Part shown: positions 59,879 through 64,000 of the stretch, one piece after another
Numbering within the stretch: the stretch's first letter is position 1
How the letters are laid out: every line of letters begins with the position of its first letter
IMG/VR virus record: IMGVR_UViG_3300045988_156465
DNA from: a virus
DNA length: 64,000 bases
Direction: 5' to 3' (one strand)
Notes under the pieces: model-generated
The model's input: the letters and a program-made list of their open reading frames with translations, nothing else
What the model was told of the DNA's origin: nothing
The model's database searches: none
Position numbers and translations under genes: made by a program

Positions 59879-59912
59879 GCGCATCTGAAAATAAAACGGA
59901 TGTGCTTTTTTA
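59879..59912 (+). terminator. intrinsic terminator upstream of the fibre gene
   Basis: GCGCATC-12 nt loop-GATGTGC (one G-T pair) followed by TTTTTT. Confidence 0.6.
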
Positions 59913-59939
59913 ATGCGATTTTTGGAAAGGAGTGGGAAA

Positions 59940-61187
59940 ATGGCAAAAACGTATAATCGTCTGGAAATTGATGTGAACAAAAAGCCGAACAGCATCGGGA
60001 TTCGCCCTGTGCAGAACGATACAAAATCCAGATATTTGGACGTGTGCCTGTATGAAAACGGTGTGGCAATCAATCTGACAGGCGAGCAGGTGCGTATCAC
60101 ATTCAGAAAAGCGGACGGCGGCACATTTTTTAATCAGGGGGAAGTGACAGATGCGACTGCGGGCAGATGCCAATTTGCCCTGACGAATGAAATTCTTTCG
60201 GAGGCAAAGGCAGTCGAGGCACAGATTTCCGTTTGGAATGCAGGCGGTCAGATTTTGTCTACGCAGGTGTTTGAAATCTATGTGACGGCGGCAATTCCTT
60301 GGACGGATGCGGTAGAAAGCGAAAACGAATACGGCGTTTTGGTGGTGCTGTTTCAGGAAATTCAAAACGCACTGGATACCATGCACAAGATTGCCGCAGC
60401 ATTCGGCGAGCCTGGGGACAAGGCGGCAGAGTACGGCGTGGATACATTCTGGGGGATTTTGGAAATGCTTGCACAGCGTGGGGATGTGGAGAGTGCGCTG
60501 GAGAAAAAGATTAAAGCCTATTTGAATAGTACGATTGGGACAAGTGGGTTTCAGTCGTTGGATAAAATGCTCCCCGCAAAGAGTGGTACGCAGACCTTTA
60601 CCGAAAATGGCACGTTTACCGTTCCCGATGGCGTAACGAAAATTTGGATTACTGCCTGTGCAGGTGGGCAGGGAGGCACCAGATATAGTGATAGTGGTTC
60701 TTATTATTACGGCGGAAAAGGAGGCGATGGTGGCGAGTGCATCATAAGGGAGCCGTATTCTGTTTCAGCAGGACAAACAATAAGCATTACTGTTGGCAAC
60801 GGTGGTAGTGCAGGTTCAAATGGCACACCTACAATTATCGGAAACCTCGTTACACTCCGAGGTGGAGGTACTACAACAGGGCTTGTTGGTGCTGGTGTTG
60901 GTGGTATAGGAGGATTCTATTACAGAGAATCCTCCAGTAATCGTGGGGCTGAATATGGACTAGATGGAGTTAGAGGTAATGGAGGTACAGTAGCGGATAG
61001 ATCGGTAAGAAGTTCCCCAAATGGTGGCGGCGGCGGCGGTTCTTATGGCTGCGGAGGAAATGGTGCTGATTCTTCAAAGGGGGCATCTCAATTTCCGCCA
61101 GGTTATGGTGGTGGCGGTGGCGGCGGTAGTTATAATTATACTGGTGCATCTGCTGGCGGCGATGGCATTGTCATCATCGAATGGTAA
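59940..61187 (+). CDS. tail fibre/receptor-binding protein: BppU-like N-terminal domain plus glycine-rich C-terminal domain
   Basis: NRLEIDVNKKPNSIGIRPVQNDTKSRYLDVCLYENG matches the BppU_N pattern. GTFTVPDGVTKIWITACAGGQGG is followed by long GG-rich tracts. Confidence 0.7.
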   Translation: MAKTYNRLEIDVNKKPNSIGIRPVQNDTKSRYLDVCLYENGVAINLTGEQVRITFRKADGGTFFNQGEVTDATAGRCQFALTNEILSEAKAVEAQISVWNAGGQILSTQVFEIYVTAAIPWTDAVESENEYGVLVVLFQEIQNALDTMHKIAAAFGEPGDKAAEYGVDTFWGILEMLAQRGDVESALEKKIKAYLNSTIGTSGFQSLDKMLPAKSGTQTFTENGTFTVPDGVTKIWITACAGGQGGTRYSDSGSYYYGGKGGDGGECIIREPYSVSAGQTISITVGNGGSAGSNGTPTIIGNLVTLRGGGTTTGLVGAGVGGIGGFYYRESSSNRGAEYGLDGVRGNGGTVADRSVRSSPNGGGGGGSYGCGGNGADSSKGASQFPPGYGGGGGGGSYNYTGASAGGDGIVIIEW

Positions 61188-61199
61188 GGAGGTGAAAAA

Positions 61200-61493
61200 A
61201 TGAAAAACTATGCAATGATTTTACAAAACAGAGTGATTGACGTTCTGAAAGACAGGGAAACAGAACCCTACTATCCACCTGACCCATCGGGCAATCCTGT
61301 GACTGCTATTCCTTGTGACGATACCGTTACGCTTGGCATGATTTATGATTCTGAAATAGGTACGTTTTCGGAATACACACCACCCGAACCCGAGCCCACA
61401 CCAGAACCGCCCCTATCCGAAACCGAACAGGCAATTTTAGAAACTGCAATCAATGTAGACTATTTGGTCTGCATGAAGGAATTAGAGATTTGA
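61200..61493 (+). CDS. hypothetical protein (XkdW-position)
   Basis: AAGGAGGTG RBS. 97 aa with a PEPEPTPEPP linker. Confidence 0.5.
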   Translation: MKNYAMILQNRVIDVLKDRETEPYYPPDPSGNPVTAIPCDDTVTLGMIYDSEIGTFSEYTPPEPEPTPEPPLSETEQAILETAINVDYLVCMKELEI

Positions 61494-61507
61494 AAGGAGT
61501 AGATATT

Positions 61508-61648
61508 ATGACATACGCAAGACTGAAAAAGCTGATTGAAAGAGGGGCTTACAACAAGGAGGACATGTTGAATAAAATGGACGTATTCCTCATGGCGAAC
61601 AGAATCACAGAGGAGCAGTATCAGGAATTGGTCGGCATGATGGGGTGA
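61508..61648 (+). CDS. XkdX-like small phage protein
   Basis: Read by eye: MTYARLKKLIERGAYNKEDMLNKMDVFLMANRITEEQYQELVGMMG. Confidence 0.5.
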   Translation: MTYARLKKLIERGAYNKEDMLNKMDVFLMANRITEEQYQELVGMMG

Positions 61649-61652
61649 TGTT

Positions 61653-62789
61653 ATGATTACCATTCACGAAAAAACGGCAAAGACATTTGACACAATCGGG
61701 CTGGGGACATTGGTTCCCGGCTCTTGTATTGTGACGGAGGAATTAAACGGGGCGTATGAGCTGGAGATGAAACACCCATACGATGAGGGCGGCAAGTGGA
61801 AACGCATTGAGCGTGGGCGAATTCTCTACGCATCCACGCCCAGAGGAAAACAGCCGTTCCGCATTTATTACGTCAAGCCGAGCATGAAGGAAATTTCGGT
61901 CAACGCAAGGCATATTTTTTATGATTTACTGGACAACCAGTGCGAACCAATCAGCCACAGCGGTACGGCAGGAGCGGCACTGGCGGCATTACAGGCGGCG
62001 TTTGCCTATCCCATGCCCTTTTCCTTTGATACGGATATTTCGCTGACAGGGACGCTCACAACAGGGCGTATGAATCCCGTACAGGCGTTGTTATCGGATG
62101 ATGACGAAGCAACCTCGTTTGTCAAGGGCTACGGCGGCGAGCTGCTGCGGGATGGCTTTCGGGTGTCCGTCAAGGCAGCTCTGGGGCAGGACAGGGGCGT
62201 TTCCATCCGCTACGGGAAAAACCTTGTCGGGCTTGAGGTCACAGAGGATGAATCCAACGTAAAAACACGCATTGTCTGCTACGGCAAGAACGGCAGTGTA
62301 ACGCTTGACAGTCCCCATATGGGCGATTATATCTACCCGAAGATTTACACCCTAGAGGATGAAAATAAGACGCTCTCCGAGGTGCAGGAGGAGGCACAGG
62401 CGTTGCTTGATGGCGGCTGTGATATTCCAAGCATCAATATCAAGGTGGATTTTGTGGCACTGGAAAAGACGGTGGAGTATCGGGAGTATGCCGTTCTGGA
62501 GGAAGTCTTTTTGGGGGATATGGTAACGGTTATCAATACGAGGATGGACTTTCGGAAGCAGGCGAAGGTTATTTCCTACGAATGGGATTGCCTTCTGGAG
62601 CAGTACGACGAGGTGGAGCTGGGGGATTTCATCCCCACGCTTGCGGCATCCGTTACCAGTGGCGTGAAAAGCGGTTCGCTTGCGTCCTCTGCGTACATCA
62701 ATGCCGCCTCAGTTATGACACTGCTCCAACAGCACTTGAATGATTTTAACAATCCGCACCATGTCACAGCGGCACAGGTGCAGAGTTGA
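61653..62789 (+). CDS. tail-associated protein (Tal / prophage tail endopeptidase N-terminal type)
   Basis: ITIHEKTAKTFDTIGLGTLV..CIVTEELNGAYELEMKHPY matches the siphovirus Tal N-terminus. It ends ..NNPHHVTAAQVQS. Confidence 0.7.
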   Translation: MITIHEKTAKTFDTIGLGTLVPGSCIVTEELNGAYELEMKHPYDEGGKWKRIERGRILYASTPRGKQPFRIYYVKPSMKEISVNARHIFYDLLDNQCEPISHSGTAGAALAALQAAFAYPMPFSFDTDISLTGTLTTGRMNPVQALLSDDDEATSFVKGYGGELLRDGFRVSVKAALGQDRGVSIRYGKNLVGLEVTEDESNVKTRIVCYGKNGSVTLDSPHMGDYIYPKIYTLEDENKTLSEVQEEAQALLDGGCDIPSINIKVDFVALEKTVEYREYAVLEEVFLGDMVTVINTRMDFRKQAKVISYEWDCLLEQYDEVELGDFIPTLAASVTSGVKSGSLASSAYINAASVMTLLQQHLNDFNNPHHVTAAQVQS

Positions 62790-62805
62790 GAAAGGGGATG
62801 GCAGC

Positions 62806-63096
62806 ATGGAAGCAATAGAAAAAATGGTGCAGGAGGCACTGGATAGCACGAAATCCGCACACAAGCGCATTGACCGCATGGAGAAGCGGCAGGACAACCT
62901 TGACGGATTGACAAAGGCGTTTTCAGTCCTGCAAAACGAGCAGGAGCATATCAAAACGGATGTAGGGGAAATCAAGGATGATGTGAAGCAGTTGGTTTCT
63001 AAGTCGGCAAAGCGTTGGGATGGGCTGATTGATAAGGTGATTGCGGTGGTTGTCGGTGCGGTGCTTGGGTTCCTGCTGAACGGTGGCGGTTTTTAA
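62806..63096 (+). CDS. XhlA-like coiled-coil membrane protein
   Basis: An N-terminal coil with a C-terminal TM VIAVVVGAVLGFLL, at the start of the lysis module. Confidence 0.6.
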   Translation: MEAIEKMVQEALDSTKSAHKRIDRMEKRQDNLDGLTKAFSVLQNEQEHIKTDVGEIKDDVKQLVSKSAKRWDGLIDKVIAVVVGAVLGFLLNGGGF

Positions 63097-63368
63097 TGAA
63101 AAAACGCAGACGGATTCGTTTTCCACCAAAGATAAACGATGATACCATGTCCAGCATTGTGATTTATTCGTTGGTATTCTGCGCAGGAATCACGATTGCA
63201 GGCATGGTATTAGGTGCATTTGGCCATGATGTGAGTGCTGTGGTTGACAGTACGCATCGCGTATTTGGGACAGAATTAGGCATCTGTGGGCTGATGAAGC
63301 TGTACGATAAGGGTGTGGAGCAGGCAGAACGCAGGAAGCGGCGAGCAGAAGGGAAGGAGATTGAATAA
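63096..63368 (+). CDS. holin (two-TM)
   Basis: TAATG overlap. TM segments SSIVIYSLVFCAGITIAGMVLGAF and a second hydrophobic stretch, with a charged tail RRKRRAEGKE. Confidence 0.6.
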   Translation: MKKRRRIRFPPKINDDTMSSIVIYSLVFCAGITIAGMVLGAFGHDVSAVVDSTHRVFGTELGICGLMKLYDKGVEQAERRKRRAEGKEIE

Positions 63369-63709
63369 TGTTTTTAATGGAAAATTGGTATCTGGTTGTT
63401 GCGTTGATGGCAGTCACTGGGATGGTCGGTGTATTCATCGGGCGGTTTCTGAAAATGCCAACATCCGAGCAGAGGGAAAGAGTCAAGGAATGGCTGCTGT
63501 GGGCGGTCACGCAGGCAGAGGCGGAGCTGGGCAGCGGCACAGGCAAGCTGAAGCTGCGGCAGACCTACGATTTATTCATCCAGCGATTTCCTGCATTGGC
63601 TATGGCGGTATCCTTCGATACCTTCTCCCTGTGGGTGGATGAGGCACTGGAGGAAATGCGAAAGCTGCTGAAGGAAAATAAAACAGTCAGAGAGCTTGTA
63701 AAGGGGTGA
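63368..63709 (+). CDS. LL-H-type holin-like protein
   Basis: N-terminal TM WYLVVALMAVTGMVGVFIG, then LLWAVTQAEAELGSGTGKLK. Precedes the endolysin. Confidence 0.55.
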   Translation: MFLMENWYLVVALMAVTGMVGVFIGRFLKMPTSEQRERVKEWLLWAVTQAEAELGSGTGKLKLRQTYDLFIQRFPALAMAVSFDTFSLWVDEALEEMRKLLKENKTVRELVKG

Positions 63710-63713
63710 TTAT

Positions 63714-64000
63714 ATGGCGAAAAAAATGACAGGCAAGGAGCTGGTAGCCTTCTGCCGCTCCAAAATCGGCATGCCCTATGTTTACGGCATGAAGGGCAAG
63801 GTTATGACGGAGCAGAACTATAAATTTCTGAAAAACACCTATGGGAAAATGGTCTGGCTGAGTGACAGGGAGAAAATCGGCAAGGTCTGCGTGGATTGCA
63901 GCGGACTGATTTCGTGGGCGTGTGGCGTGACGCTCGGTTCGGGCCAGTGGAAGGCAAGGGCAACCAAAATCAACCCCATTTCCACCATTGAAAAAGCACC
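63714..64000 (+). CDS. endolysin, NlpC/P60 (C40)-type, truncated by window end
   Basis: GKELVAFCRSKIGMPYVYG...VCVDCSGLISWA carries the catalytic Cys motif. Confidence 0.7.
   Translation, partial: MAKKMTGKELVAFCRSKIGMPYVYGMKGKVMTEQNYKFLKNTYGKMVWLSDREKIGKVCVDCSGLISWACGVTLGSGQWKARATKINPISTIEKA

Larger units (their letters stand above)
31900..64000. mobile_element. Siphovirus-type prophage E2 (integrase to endolysin; right end beyond window)
   Basis: Canonical order: int, lysogeny switch, replication/recombination, terS-terL-portal-head-tail-lysis. The left border lies somewhere in 31624-31933. Confidence 0.9.

Noticed and set aside
1-64000. Reverse transcriptase-based systems (retron, DGR, group II intron), CRISPR-Cas, transposases/IS elements, and canonical multi-gene defence systems.
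   Set aside because: No ORF with RT (YxDD), Cas or DDE-transposase hallmarks was seen on either strand. The only spaced or tandem repeats are coding repeats or operator/iteron arrays.

Overview
This 64-kb window comes from a low-to-mid GC Firmicutes/Clostridia-type chromosome. Two unrelated integrated mobile elements bracket a chromosomal K+ uptake operon.

Layout:
- (i) 1-302: two minus-strand tRNA genes. One has a CAT anticodon and is cut by the window edge. The other is atypical and Gly(TCC)-like.
- (ii) About 303-28560: element E1, AT-rich and phage-like. It carries many XRE/RHH regulators with visible operator repeats, two ORF6N-type antirepressors and a recombination module (Rad50/SbcC-like ATPase, RecT-like, MBL-fold hydrolase, SSB). 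It also carries two DNA methyltransferases flanking a GIY-YIG nuclease, an ASCH protein, a DnaD-like replisome organizer plus helicase loader, and a Tn916-type sigma-like/xis/int module at the right end. A lone small-terminase-like gene sits at the left end. No capsid, tail or lysis genes are present in the window.
- (iii) 28593-31427: chromosomal trkA-trkH with terminators.
- (iv) 31.9 kb to the window end: element E2, a siphovirus-type prophage. It has an integrase, a DUF4236-like membrane protein, an ImmA/XRE repressor pair and cro-like genes. These are followed by an HNH nuclease, a Sak4-like ATPase, a DUF669-like protein with an SSB tail, an ERCC4-like nuclease, a DUF927-type helicase and an iteron array. 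The late region has MazG, a late regulator, terS/terL, portal, a gp7-like head protein fused to an ADP-ribosyltransferase domain, scaffold, capsid, connectors, the tail genes (major tail protein, chaperones, tape measure protein, Dit), a fibre cassette, Tal, XhlA/holins and a partial endolysin.

Most interesting observations:
- A type I toxin-antitoxin-like cassette inside the E2 tail module.
- The head-protein/ADP-ribosyltransferase fusion with an AT-rich trailing cassette.
- E1 as a structural-gene-less phage/Tn916-type hybrid with a solitary TerS-like gene.
- A 70-aa protein carrying an SSB C-terminal tail (DDDLPF).
- An Arc/Ant-like immI analogue.
- A methyltransferase/GIY-YIG/methyltransferase cluster.
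- Two homopolymer-associated frame anomalies.
- Several iteron/operator arrays.

I found no canonical multi-gene defence system (CRISPR, retron, CBASS etc.). All functional calls rest on motif recognition by eye and memory of protein families. No database search, folding or alignment software was available.
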